Source: Eledone cirrhosa (taxonomy: Eukaryota). From it: DNA of 64,000 nt. Location: contig OZ024743.1 of assembly GCA_964016885.1 (NCBI GenBank), positions 22,258,001-22,322,000 of the forward strand, written 5' to 3'. The translations under genes were made by a program, and so were the position numbers. Below the pieces are notes generated by a model, which saw nothing but the letters and a program-made list of their open reading frames with translations, had not been told where the DNA came from and did no database searches. Numbering within the stretch: the stretch's first letter is position 1; each line of letters opens with the position of its first letter. Shown here piece by piece: positions 12,098-25,637 of this stretch.

Positions 12098-13039
12098 TCA
12101 CGGCAGTTTTTTTGCTGCTGTTACAGTGTAAACATATCCCCGTGTCAACCTATTCCCTGTGAGTGAAACTGGATAGACGGAAACAGAAAGTCCGTCGAAT
12201 GGATTATACCACCAATTCAAAGGACTAACCAGGCCATGTACCGTGCCACGCTGAATCTCCACGAGAATTATGCTAAGGACACTCGTGTCTGTAGAATATT
12301 CAGCCATTTACAAGTTAATTCCATGAGCAGTTAACTGGAATACTCATCATCGAACAGACAGAAGTCCCCATTCCATTTTCACTACAATGTAGACATACCC
12401 TATCCGATGTGTTTGACCTTTTTAAGATTTAAGTTTAAGGAAATCTGGCAGTTTATTTTGAGCGCACGATGAAGCCTCTACGTGGACGTTCGATATGCTA
12501 GAAACAGCATGCAAATCTTGCTCAAATCGCGATCTAGAATTTTAAATAAAAACAGGGTATATCAGACATTGTAGTCTCTGATATACAAGAAGACGAGATG
12601 GTCATGGATTGAACTCTTTATCGTCGGCTTGCTTGATCTTGACTGATAAGGAGATAATCATTAACTATGTAATACCTACCTAAGTGTTCCCTCCTATGAA
12701 ATACCTGTTTATCCGGGATCAGATTTAATCGAGCAGACCTATGGTCAAAGGCATTGCAGCTATGACCATCTTGTCTTGCTTTCTTCCGTCAACATGATGT
12801 ACATAAAACTACAATAGCTAATGAGATACATGGTTATTTTTAAATTGTGAGTTAATTCCCGATAAGTGATAAAACGTCAAAAACGTAAAACAAAATAAAA
12901 GCAATATTAAAAATAAATAAAATAGATAAAAAGAATTAACCTAATTACATTTATATCCCTAAGTATATTTTTGGAAATGAACGCAAGTAATCATCTATTT
13001 TCATCATCTGTATTGTGTATATTTAATGTAAATGCAATC

Positions 13040-13270
13040 ATGATCATGTAACTATGCCGACGCGATGTGGCCTTGAGCAAGAATCCACGTTGCTCCTGAT
13101 CATTCGCGTGGCAAAAATGAGTTGTACCTCTAGTTAAAAGGGGCCAGGTTTGTCACACACGGTGTCACGCTGATTCTCCATGAAAACTACCTTATGGTTA
13201 CATCTGTCTGAAATACACGACCACTTGCACGTTAATTTCAGGAAGCTGTTTTCTTTCCAAAACATAAGGC
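13040..13270 (+). mobile_element. Degenerate CORE-like SINE fragment (related pieces at 12190-12340 and 40295-40386 minus)
   Basis: Contains CCTTGAGCAAG and shares the GTCACGCTGATTCTCC block with 12240-12330. The 40295-40386 piece has a B box GTTCGATTCC on the minus strand. Confidence 0.45.
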
Positions 13271-13708
13271 CTATATAATGATAGGGAAAGGAATCTGAAC
13301 TCAGGAGGCAAAGACTCAGAATTGACACCGCAAGACATCTCATCCGACATTCTAGCAATATCTCCAGCTTTGGGCTGGTACTTTATTTATCGACCTCAAA
13401 AAAGTTGAATGAAATAGTTGAACTCGGCACAATTTCAACTCAGCGCGCAGAGACTCCGAATAAATACTAAAAACCTTTCTATCCGACCGTTTAACGAACC
13501 TGCCAATTCGCAACCTTATGATACGAAAAACAAAAATGAAATTTATAGCTGACACCAATGTAGGTTTACCTGACCTCCGACGAATTTGCGTCATGATTAA
13601 AGAAACTAAAAAACTGAAAGCCCAAAGTAATGTGGAAGGTTTCACATTTCTTCTTCTGCCCTGATAAATTCATGTGGGTGTATAATATATATATATATAT
13701 AAGAGAGA

Positions 13709-13787
<79 letters not shown>

Positions 13788-13931
13788 GGCGGGAAGGGAT
13801 TGAGAATTACCAGGTTAGGCTAGAAATACCACTGTTCAGCATTAGCACTCGCTACTTAAGAAAGTAGTGTGATTACAATATATATATATATATATATAGT
13901 TAAAAGAATAGAGGTGTAACACACAAGTTAT

Positions 13932-14314
13932 TATATATTGGTAAACGGAATAGAAAATGCTGACAAATTGTTCACAGTTGAAAAATGGTTTAATTAGGAA
14001 TAAAAGAGTATTAGTAATTGTATGGGTTAGTATTCAGTTGTGGTTTTAAGTTTTTAAGTTTTTACCGGTTGCGCATTTCTAAATGCTTTTCAAAAATAAT
14101 TTTGAGATAGAGCGTCCGTGATGTTTGCTCAGATCAGAGCAAACATCACGGACGCTCTATCTCAAAATTATTTTTGAAAAGCATTAGAAATGCGCAACCG
14201 GTAAAATTTAAAACTAAAACTGAATACTAACCAATACTATTACTAATTCTCACTTATTCCTAATTAAACTATTTTTCACTGTGAACAATTTGTCAGCATT
14301 TTCTATTCCGTTTA

Positions 14315-14324
<10 letters not shown>
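13932..14324. repeat. About 390-bp fold-back palindrome (inverted Penelope-like pLTR) with an HHR-like motif in each arm
   Basis: Arms of about 200 bp centred at 14133/14134 (GCTC AGATCA GAGC). The right arm reads TTGAAAA-GCAT/ATGC-GCAA-CCGG-TA at 14174-14203. Confidence 0.85.
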
Positions 14325-14383
<59 letters not shown>

Positions 14384-14446
14384 ATGAGAAGAATTGAGTG
14401 CTGCGTGGTTGCACATGGGTTACATATGAAAAGAATAGTCCTTTAT

Positions 14447-14493
<47 letters not shown>

Positions 14494-14970
14494 TGTGTGT
14501 GTGTGTGTGTGTATGGATGTGTGTGTACGTAAGTAAGTATGTATGCCATATAAAATCACACAGAGGGAAAGAAAGTAAAATATTAATAGGTCGATCGTGG
14601 GTACACTTAACAAAACATTCACAATCTTATCAATAATACTATTGAAAACGATGTAAAACTTGAATATAGCTGATAGCAATGTTTACACAGCTCCATGGAC
14701 AATGCTGTCAGCAATCCTAGTATCTATCTATATATTTTTCACTACGATATAATATTGAAATGATCTTTTTATCATTAGGGTTTTTAGATATCAACGAAAC
14801 AACATAAAATGTACATGAAAAATAAATATTATATACGGCACACTTACTCAAAATCTAGATTTTACGCAAAGGGATTGTATTTTACTTTCCAGAATTTCTG
14901 TTGGTCCTGGGAGATTACAGCGTTTGTAAAAACTGTAATCCTATTATACTGGTTATGTATATAAGTATAT

Positions 14971-15031
<61 letters not shown>

Positions 15032-15364
15032 CCTTTATCTGTCTCGTTTTTATCACTATTACAACACCGAAATCGCAGGTGTAGTATTATTTCCACTGAA
15101 GACCACCTGATACAGATGTCACTGGGTTTCATGTTTCCCTTACAAATCCTTCATGAAAAACTTTGCTGAATCCTCTCTACCTAGCTACTTCTCACTAAAT
15201 ATCCCTCTCTGCTAATATTTACCCTTCAGATACACCGGAAGTGGAAGCATGTCTGAATGAGGAGAGGAGGGGGGGGGGGCAAATTTGGTCAATTTAGTTA
15301 TATTTAATAATTTTTTTAAAAATTATTATTAACTCAAAGAGTTTTATTTTCTGCAATAATAATA

Positions 15365-15688
15365 ATGATTTATAGTATAGGCACAAGGCCAGTAATTTGG
15401 GGGATGGGAAAGTCGATTAAATTGACCCCAGCACATTACTGATGCTTTATTTTATCGACCCCGTAAAGATGAAAGGCAAAGTTAACCTCGGTGAGATTTG
15501 AACTCAGGACGTAAAGGGCCATAACTCTATGCTATAAAGCACGGTGTCTAACGCTCTACTGATACTGCCAATTCACCAAATAATAATAATAATTGTTTCT
15601 ACGTTTGGCACAAGGCCAGCAATTACCCAGTGCATTACTGGTACTTTATTTTATCGACCCCGTAAGGATGAAAGGCAAAGTTAATCTC
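15365..15688 (-). mobile_element. Two tandem Nin-SINE copies (long variant 15365-15578; partial short variant 15580-15688)
   Basis: Same diagnostic blocks as the SINE at 1786-1970. Confidence 0.8.
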
Positions 15689-15689
15689 G

Positions 15690-17268
15690 AATGACAACTA
15701 TAATGACAGCAATAATAATAAAAAAAAAGGGAAACAAAAGGAAAGAAAGAATAGGGAATTATAGAGAAAATAGAGAGACAGAAAGAAGAAAAGAACAGGA
15801 ATGGAGGGGATGGCAAGAGCTTTGGTGTCGCAGAAGAGAGGGGAAGGGTGAAGGGGAAGGGTGATTGGGCTTTGGGCCTAGGGCAAGAGGGCAGAAGTGC
15901 TGCGCCCCGTGGACAAAACGGCAAAAACATTCCCCCGGACGATGGCCAGTAACACCCGCTTCAACGGCCACCCAAGATCGCGAAGCTCCCTTCTCAAACG
16001 GGCCGCCGACGATCCGATCTTGCGGAGGAGCTTGGCAGTACAGGGTCCAAGTACGCCTGAGGTTTCGACGGCGACCGGTGTGAAAAGTAAGCGGCCGAAC
16101 AAGCCCCGCTATTTTTTTTATTTTACGTTCTTCTGCGAGGCGGGCCGCGATGCCGGGGTTTGTGGTCGAAGCGAATAAGTTGGAGGCGGAGAACGTGTTG
16201 CAGCATTTGACATCTCTGATGAGGGATCTACCTCCTTCGAATGGGAAGAGGGTGATTCCATCGGGACTCTTGCCATCTCCGCGGTCTAGTCCTGCTGGCT
16301 CCAGACGAGATGGAAAGCCAGCTGCGTATAGGCTTCTTCTCAATATGTCGTTGAGAAAGGCGTCTGTGGGGAAACGGCCTGTGCTCTGGCGGCAAGACGG
16401 AGGGTGCAGGCCAAACTTGTCAACAGTGACATTTATGTGGCTCACACACGAGCCACGAGGAGAGCCACGAATTGATCGACGCGCCGGTGTTGGGCTGAGA
16501 AGCAGAGCAGGGGCAGGTGAGGCGGTGTTGGTATAAGCCAGACTCGATCCGCCTGACAGAAGATCTGCAATTGATGTTGTCCTAGTTACGTTAGACCGTA
16601 GTATACTGGGAGGTACAGAGGCTTTCACCTGTCAAGTAGGCCAGAGCCTGTTTCATCTCAGGGGCCAGGTCAGGCTCGGCTGTCTGGCTGAGAACTTCTC
16701 TGACGAGAGCGTGACAGGAGGAGGTAGAGGAGAGGGAGGCAGGTCCGAAGCTGATCGGAGGCCGAGGCCACCGAACCTCGCTGGGAGTGTCGCCTGTTGC
16801 TAGCCAGCGCTGTCGAAACTGACATTGCAGATGAGTTCCGCACAGCGTCGAATGGTGGCGTCAAGTTCCCTGAGAATATATGCACGGGGGCGGCTAGGTG
16901 CTCCGCGCAGCGTGGATGTGAGTTTGGGGAGGGTGAAACAATTCCTCAAGAGGAAGAGCGCAGGTAGAGCGTCAATGAGGCTCAGCCTTTCTTCTAATAT
17001 GGATAAATCCGCGTGGTTGGTCTCCAGGCATTCTCTTATGGCTTTCAGGAGAATGGGTGAGCCGAGAATGCATGCGGCATCCTTGGGTGTCAGCCGAGCC
17101 CCGGCCAGGAAGGAGTGGGAGCAGAGTACGGCGTTGCGGGATTCGGCCTCTCCGTAGGTGATGTTGGTCACCTCAGACTTGGTTGGGTTGATCTCAAGTC
17201 CAAGGAGATTTAGAGGTGGGATGATTTGTCGAAGGTCCTCAACTATTGTCTCAGCCCAGGGTCGCCCT
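15690..17268 (-). mobile_element. CRE-clade non-LTR retrotransposon 3' fragment (RT C-terminus and restriction-like endonuclease)
   Basis: LGLEINPTKSE, then ILGSPI...ALFLLRNCFTLPKLTSTLRGAP. RLE region RLEPAGLDRGDGKSPDGITLFPFEGGRSLIRDVKC, AEERKIKK, FTPVAVETSGVLGP and LAIVRGN. Pyrimidine-rich 3' UTR. Confidence 0.8.
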
Positions 17269-17279
17269 ATTTATACACA

Positions 17280-17410
<131 letters not shown>

Positions 17411-17439
17411 ATGTATATATATATATAAATATATATATA

Positions 17440-18741
17440 CAGGGTGGGGCATAATTCCTGTTACAAAGTTTTAAATCAATTTAAAAATACATTATGTTGC
17501 TAATATAACTAATATATATGTATCAAATCCACGCACTATAACCATATTAACTATTTTTCGAAAATTACTCCATTAACTATTTGCAATGTCCATAGAATTG
17601 AAAAGAAAGTTCATAAAGAGAAGCATGAAAAAGGCCTGACTCCACCCGAGATATTTAAACTGGAGAAAATTCTTAAGATCAATAGAATGTTGATCAAAAG
17701 GAGAATTAATCGATTTAAGGACACTTCCACACCCAAAGACAGACCTCAATCCGGACACCCTCGCACCTCAAGAACACCAAAACTTGTTAAAAGTGTGAGG
17801 GAAAAAATAAGGCGTAATCCAAGAAGGTCCATGAGAAAAATGGCAGAAGAAGCAGAAACATCGCCGAGAACTATACGGAGGATATGTCGAGATGATCTGG
17901 GTATGTCACCCTATAAGTTCCAAAAGAGGCAGCTTCTTTCTGCAGCCACAATTGAAAATAGGCTCTCGAGAAGTAAACTGTTATTGGACCGTATCAAGGA
18001 TGGCATGCTGCAAAACATGACCTTTACAGATGAGAAGTTATTCACTGTGCAGCAGTCTCACAACCATCAAAATGATCGAGTACTTGCAAAAAGTCTCAAA
18101 TCAATTCCTTCAAGTGTAGGAAAAGTGTTCAGAACAGGGAAACCAGCATCAGTAATGGCTTGGGCAGCCATTTCTGAAAGAAGGAAGTCTCCTCTGATTT
18201 TTGTTCCTCAAGAAGTTAAAATTAACAAAGAACTTTGCATAAAGGATATTTTGGAAGGAGCACTGATGCCATGGTGCATATCTCTTTATGGCGATGACAT
18301 TTGGACTCTCCAACAAGATGGAGCGACGAACCACACTGCTTGCGTAACACAACAATGGTGTAGAGACCATTGTCCTGCATGGATCAGTAAGGAAGAGTGG
18401 CCTCCGACATCACCAGATCTCAACCCTCTCGATTTTTCCTTATGGTCAATTCTTGAGAGTGAAGCCTGCTCTACTCCTAGCCAAAATATTGAAACTCTAA
18501 AATCAAAACTGAATAAAGTATGGGAGAAAATACCCATGGAAACTGTTCGTGCAGCCATCGAAGACTTTCCAACACGTCTTCGAGCAGTAGTGAGAGCTAG
18601 GTGAAAGCATTTCGAATACATTTTTGGGCAGTTGTTTAATAGTATATTACTTACTATTTGTTGAAGTCAGATCTTGAAATAAATGTTTTTTTCAAGAACT
18701 ATTTGCATTTTATTTTGTAACAGCTTTTGTGCCCCACCCTG
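17440..18741 (+). mobile_element. Tc1/mariner DNA transposon, DD37D (maT) family, 1302 bp
   Basis: 27-bp TIRs CAGGGTGGGGCATAATTCCTGTTACAA (17440-17466) and 18715-18741, with 4 mismatches. Flanked by TA inside (TA)n. Confidence 0.93.
17586..18604 (+). pseudogene. DD37D transposase, nearly intact
   Basis: Motifs SGHPR, FTDEK, QQDGA and WPPTSPDLNPLDF, with 37 residues between D2 and D3 by count. The likely ATG at 17586 is out of frame with 17687 (1-bp loss near 17617). TGA at 18602 replaces a G of the usual GGHFE end. Confidence 0.88.
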
Positions 18742-18809
<68 letters not shown>

Positions 18810-18835
18810 GCCACATATATATATATATATATAGC

Positions 18836-18911
<76 letters not shown>

Positions 18912-19079
18912 CATACGCACATATATATATATATATATAATTTAGATATTACTAATCATACAATTCTTTTATCTTTAGGTAGGTCTCTATTGCTCAGCTC
19001 TTGTTCTCTGATACATATAGCACGCTTACCACAATCATCTGACTGAATATATTTATTCATACATAGATATACATACATA

Positions 19080-19119
<40 letters not shown>

Positions 19120-19356
19120 TATTTAGAAACACACAGATACATGCGGACACACACATATATACATGAATGCATCCGCACCCAACTGTGAGTTAAGGGTGCC
19201 AACTTCACAGATGTTGCTCAATGAATGACTGGGACAGACCAATTCAGTTTGAACCAGACTGAACCAGTATCAGAGTTAAAAATACATTATGAAGAGAGAA
19301 GAAACATTTAGATATAATTAGTAATAAAATGTATCATACCTAAACTGTTCCTAAAT

Positions 19357-19444
19357 TCCTCGACTACGTAGTTTCGTGGCATAAACAAAAACAATATATC
19401 AAAGATATAGAGTCCTTGCGAGGTCTGCCGACTTATCAAGAGGA
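19357..19444 (-). ncRNA. Type I hammerhead ribozyme, U3-A8 core variant with branched stem II
   Basis: Minus strand reads TCCTC-TTGATAA-GT(C)GGCA...TGCCAC-GAAA-CTACGTAG-TC^GAGGA. Confidence 0.8.
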
Positions 19445-19670
19445 TACCTCATTTTACTAGTCTCAAGAACGCGTCTACACGACGTGAGAAAGAATCCCAA
19501 AAGGCGGAGGGGGAGATAGTCACGCGATATAACGGTCGAGAAACAGAGCTAAGCCTCTTATAACCACGAAGAAAATACCACGGAGGCGGAGGGGGTATTC
19601 ATATCGAGGCCGTAGAAGAGGTAGTGAAGAAGGCGAGAAGTATGAGTAATGGAAGCTTTCCAGTTGTCCC

Positions 19671-19706
<36 letters not shown>

Positions 19707-19732
19707 CATATTTCATCAACCATAATAATACA

Positions 19733-19796
<64 letters not shown>

Positions 19797-19800
<4 letters not shown>

Positions 19801-19892
19801 CAAAGGAATTGTGGTAAGGAACCAAATGGACCAGAGTACTCAATACTTAGGGTAGTAGAGTGGGAAATAGGAAAAAGGGTCATACTTTTTCC

Positions 19893-19959
<67 letters not shown>

Positions 19960-20103
19960 CAAAGCAAGAGTACTCGATACTTAGGGTAGCCGGCGGCTGA
20001 CCTCCAGCCGTGGCGACAGCTAGATCCGAACTGTTAGGATTGTTCGGATCTAACTGTCGAGATGGCCGGAGCTCAGCCGTTGGGGTCCTGATTCTTTTCC
20101 TAT
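19797..20103. repeat. TA-embedded fold-back repeat family (other copies at 9331-9392, 21761-21820, 22233-22385, 23558-23663, 25635-25690, 55735-55858)
   Basis: Shared GTGGTAAGGAACCAGATGGACCATAACGCACC...GGGTAGTAGAGTGGG and GAAACGGCT.GAGCTCAGCCGTCGGGGTC blocks. Hairpin at 19994-20079. Confidence 0.8.
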
Positions 20104-20153
20104 ATATATATATATATAATTATATATATATATATACATATATATTATAAGTA

Positions 20154-20281
<128 letters not shown>

Positions 20282-20373
20282 TATATATATATATATACAT
20301 ATATATTATAAGTATATATGTATATATATATATATATAATTATATATATATATATACATATATATTATATGTA

Positions 20374-20442
<69 letters not shown>

Positions 20443-20939
20443 ATGTATGTATTTATGTATGTATGAGAGATGAGCCCTTAGCCTTTGTCAAGGCAGAATT
20501 CTAGGAGAAGGAAAACTCTGATATAACACCTGCAACCCTGATGGTATCCATTGATGTTGACATGTTCTTCTTTTTTGGTAAATATCATCTTGGTTAAGAG
20601 AGTGGGACTGGCTTTGTGCAGTGCCTTTGCTCATTATAAAACGACACAGGCATTGCTTTATATCTGGAGATCTCTCTGTACTTGTCGTCACATGGTACCA
20701 TGGACCCAGCACTATGTGTCAATAATTGTCACAAGTGTAGTGTTTGTACCAGAGTTTTCATGTCACAGGCTGGACTAAAAAGTCACACTCGTTCAGCGCT
20801 TCGGTAGGGGTTCTCCTACATGGATATAAAGTAGTGGCCGTACTCGAAAACGAGTTGGCAGCCACCATGTATGTATGTATGTATATATATATATATATAT
20901 ACATACATACATATAATATATATATGTACATACATATAT

Positions 20940-20993
<54 letters not shown>

Positions 20994-21135
20994 GTAGAAC
21001 ACTGGAAGGTAATATCCGAAGTGGTAGAGCACTCAGTCCATGGGATGAGTTAGGTAGAAGTGGTTACACAACAGTTAGTTCACCATGCCGAGAACAATTG
21101 TTTCACCTTAGCGGATATATACACACACATATATA

Positions 21136-21311
<176 letters not shown>

Positions 21312-21349
21312 GTATGAATATATATATATATATATATATATATTCATAC

Positions 21350-21390
<41 letters not shown>

Positions 21391-21393
21391 TAC

Positions 21394-21469
<76 letters not shown>

Positions 21470-21472
21470 GTA

Positions 21473-21520
<48 letters not shown>

Positions 21521-21523
21521 TAC

Positions 21524-21555
<32 letters not shown>

Positions 21556-21557
<2 letters not shown>

Positions 21558-21657
21558 CGCCGAGGTTAGCTTTGTCTTTCATCCTTACGGGGTCGATAAA
21601 ATAAAAGTACATCTGGGATAATTGTTGGCCTTGTGCCAAAAGTAGAAATAATTATTA
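21556..21657 (+). mobile_element. Partial Nin-SINE
   Basis: CGCCGAGGTTAGCTTTGTCTTTCATCCTTACGGGGTCGATAAAATAAAAGTAC followed by the tail. Confidence 0.75.
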
Positions 21658-21697
21658 TATATATATATAGATATGGTGTATTATTATGGTTGATGAA

Positions 21698-21754
<57 letters not shown>

Positions 21755-22195
21755 AATATATATAGGAATTAGCCGTTGAAACGGCTTGAGCTCAGCTGTC
21801 GGGGTCTTACTGGTTCCTATATATATATATATGAATAAATTTAGTCCTTCATCAGTGATATTCCAACCTTCATTGGTATTTCATCGCTTTAAAGACCATA
21901 TACCTCCGGTTGGTGCGAGCAACGGCTAAAGAAAGTCGTTGGGACACGTAAATAAGGGGAACGAGCGAGACTGTAAACAAACAAAGATGGTAATGCAACG
22001 AAGAGTGAGGAAGAAGGAGTCAAGTCCCAGAAATCAATGAATATAAGTTCTGTGAAATCATGGACGAGAGAGAATAAAGACCATCAAACCTAGTCGAAAT
22101 GTGAGCAAGGAAAGAATTTCGCACAGGTCAAACGGGAGGAAGAAGGAGTCTAGTCCCTGAATTCGGTGAACATAAGTTCTGTGAAATCGTAGACG

Positions 22196-22235
<40 letters not shown>

Positions 22236-22742
22236 CGAAGGAGTTGTGGTAAGGAACCAGATGGACCATAACGCACCATAGTACTCAGTACTGAGGGTAG
22301 TAGAGTGGGAAATAGGAAAAAGTATGACCCCGACGGCAGAGCTCAACCCGTTTCGACGGCTATTTCTGGAGTCCAGAAATAGCCACTAAATTCATAAGAT
22401 TCAAACCTCCGTGAATCGAACCAACATAACATAGCTTTAAATTAGGATACCTACTACCCACAGAAATATATTCATTAAGTATACTATATCCTTCACAAGT
22501 CTATACCACACAATTGTCTGTAAGTACCTCATCTACCAACAATCTTACTCCTTCTCAGCTGCTGCCATCATTTGATCCTAAATCCTAGTTTTTCTCATAT
22601 CACTACTACAATGTTACTTTACCTTCTTTCTGCCATAATTACAATTAGCACGCTTATCTCTTTGCATGTATGTATATTTTTGTACGAGTGTATATTGATG
22701 TGTATGTATGTGTCTATGTACACATGCATGTGTATATATGTG

Positions 22743-22794
<52 letters not shown>

Positions 22795-23524
22795 TGTGTG
22801 TGTGCGTAAATATATGCGTATATTAATTCGTTAACCTCTGTATTAACTCAACAACTATTTAGCTTTAACAGTGGTCCCACTCATGTATACTGTTGAGGAT
22901 GAAGAGAAAGACTGTAAAAACTAGCTTATCTTTATAATTTAAAATTGATATACACTACGATACTTTGTACATGCCAACGCTTCATTTTGCCTTATGACAG
23001 CTAGTCTTACGCGCCGTAACATTAGATACATTATATACCCCCCACCTAAGTAATGTCAGGGTCTCCTTAAATAATTTATCGATAGCATTGTTGTAATTGT
23101 TGTTATTGTTCTTATTGAATGCCATTACTATTTCATATAGTAGCCTGTATTTTCTTTTCTTTTCTTGCCTGTGTATTTTCTTCATTCTCGCATGCTCCGA
23201 AGATCTGACTGGTTATAATTCTGTATTGGCGATCGAGTAACGCACAATTAAGCGAATAGCGATCTCTAGACATACCAGTTCAGTGAAACAAATGTAAGCT
23301 ATGTGATTAAAAACTTTTTTGTATAGCAAACCATGTAAACCTTCTTTCCTGATTTATTATTACTCCAAGTGTTTACAACATAGGAATTACGGCATACCCG
23401 CAGCATCACTATGAAAACGCCTTGTTGAGTCAAACCAAGCCAAGCGTTAATATCATCCACTACCTGGAATACCATAACTGGACTTCACCTAAGTGGACTG
23501 CATTTAACTATTATTTGTTAATCC

Positions 23525-23560
<36 letters not shown>

Positions 23561-24206
23561 CGAAGGAAATGTGGTAAGGAACCAGGTGGACCATAACGCA
23601 CCAAAGTACTCAATACTTAGGGTAGTAGAGTGGGTAATAGGAACGAGTAGGACCCCGTTCCTATATATATATATATATATGTATGAATAAATATATTCAG
23701 TCAGATGATTGTGGTAAGCGTGCTATATGTATCAGAGAACAAGAGCTGAGCAATCGAGACCTACCTAAAGATAAAAGAATTGTATGATTAGTAATATCTA
23801 AATTTGCTTCATGTTAAATCGGTCACCCATATTTGTCTACGGTAGGTGAGTAACGGTTGTGTGGGGAGACGGGGAAATTTTTATTTTTTACATTCAGTTT
23901 ACGTGTATTATGAAATCTATTGAACAGTAAACAGACAATTGATAAAGTCCTGTTACCCCCTGTTGCTTCACGCCCCCCCCCCCCACACACTTTTCACATA
24001 TCAGTGATATTAAACATGCCCTTAACCTTCTCACCTTCGTTTACTTCTTTATTTAGTTTCACCTGAAATATTGTAGGATTTCAATTGAATTCATCTATCT
24101 ATACTCAGTTTTATTTAAATTTTAAAACAATGCTTTCATTTTTTTAAAATTTTTGTCTTCATAACGTTTTTCAAAATCTAATATTCGAAAATAATTCGTA
24201 AACAAG

Positions 24207-24259
<53 letters not shown>

Positions 24260-24586
24260 AAATACAATACAGAATTAACCGAGATGTGCATATAAAATAT
24301 AAATATAAATATTGAGGATATAGTCTAGTAAAGATGTCATATTTTTCTTTGTAGATTGACAAAAAGATTATGAGCAGCCGCAATCGGATGTACATATAAC
24401 ATTGATTAATCATAAAAATACAGAAGTAATGTGGTCATAAAGTCTACGAAATGTCGTTAACAACTATGAAATGGAAGTACTAATTTACATATTATTAATG
24501 TTTATTCCAGTATATGATAAATCGAATTGTGCTCTAAATAAAAATTATATATATATACGCACACACATACACACACACACACACGC

Positions 24587-24649
<63 letters not shown>

Positions 24650-25120
24650 AAGATAGATAGATATAGATATAGATATATATGAGGAGGGTCCTATTGTTAT
24701 AACATTGCCAGAAATAATAATAAAACACACTCACTGTTTGATTTTGATTGGTTTTCGCTTCTGTATCTTTTATATCTCTATAGTTAATTTATCTAGCAAT
24801 CAATGTTTTTCATTGATTGACCAACGGTTAAATATATAGATATCAATATATATATATATATATAGTCTATCAAAGTTCTTTCATCACACACATGTAACAT
24901 CATCAGTGGTACTATTATGTTCCCTCCCGTTGTATTGTAATGTCAACCTATTATTGTATATAAATATATAATAGTAGGTTGATGAGACTAGCGTGGGTTT
25001 CACTGCTAGTACCGGCTACATCTCAGCGTACTAAATAGGTAATGTTAAATAAACTGCCAGAGTCGACACATATTTATTCGCTTTAACACAACACATGTAA
25101 ATGGGTAACTTCAAAACTAT

Positions 25121-25203
25121 ACCCGTACGCGGCCACATTTAATGCAGCAAACTGCTGTCTGCATTTATCATACAACAATATGAGTGTGGCTTCATCAGCG
25201 TGT
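25121..25203 (-). ncRNA. Degenerate type I HHR with branched stem II (GAAA box deleted)
   Basis: Minus strand reads ACACG-CTGATGA-AGCCACA...TGTGGCC-[GAAAC missing]-GCG-TA-CGGGT, with two internal hairpins in stem II. Confidence 0.5.
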
Positions 25204-25569
25204 TTGACCTAATCAATAATTAATCGAGCGACAGAATTCGATTCCAGTCCGTGTTGGCTATTACTGAGTGTGACGGCCAACACAGTAAAACATTAGTATC
25301 TGAAATCCCTACGCGTCATCACAATCCCGTCAGTTTATTGGCCATTGATTCAAAAAATTACGAGACGGCAGGAGGCGAAAATTCAAATTGTTCCGCTCCT
25401 GCCATAACATCTCAGCCAACGCGTCTCAAACACCAATTAACAAGAGAGTGAAAAACGGTTATTAAAATATCAATCTCTTATCGCTGTACAATAGAATGGT
25501 AGCATTCGGTTCTAGTCCCTAAGTCCCATGGCGAGAAATAGTGCGACAGTAACAATGGTAGTGCCTGAA

Positions 25570-25637
<68 letters not shown>

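Noticed and set aside
21836-21860. HHR start on the minus strand (CTGATGAAGGAC)
   Set aside because: It is truncated by (TA)n before GAAA. It is probably a pLTR stub but cannot be called. The same applies to the isolated GAAACAATTGT half near 21095-21105 (minus).
24865-24915. CTGATGA...GAAA on the minus strand
   Set aside because: Stem II is out of register and there is no valid UH site or stem I.
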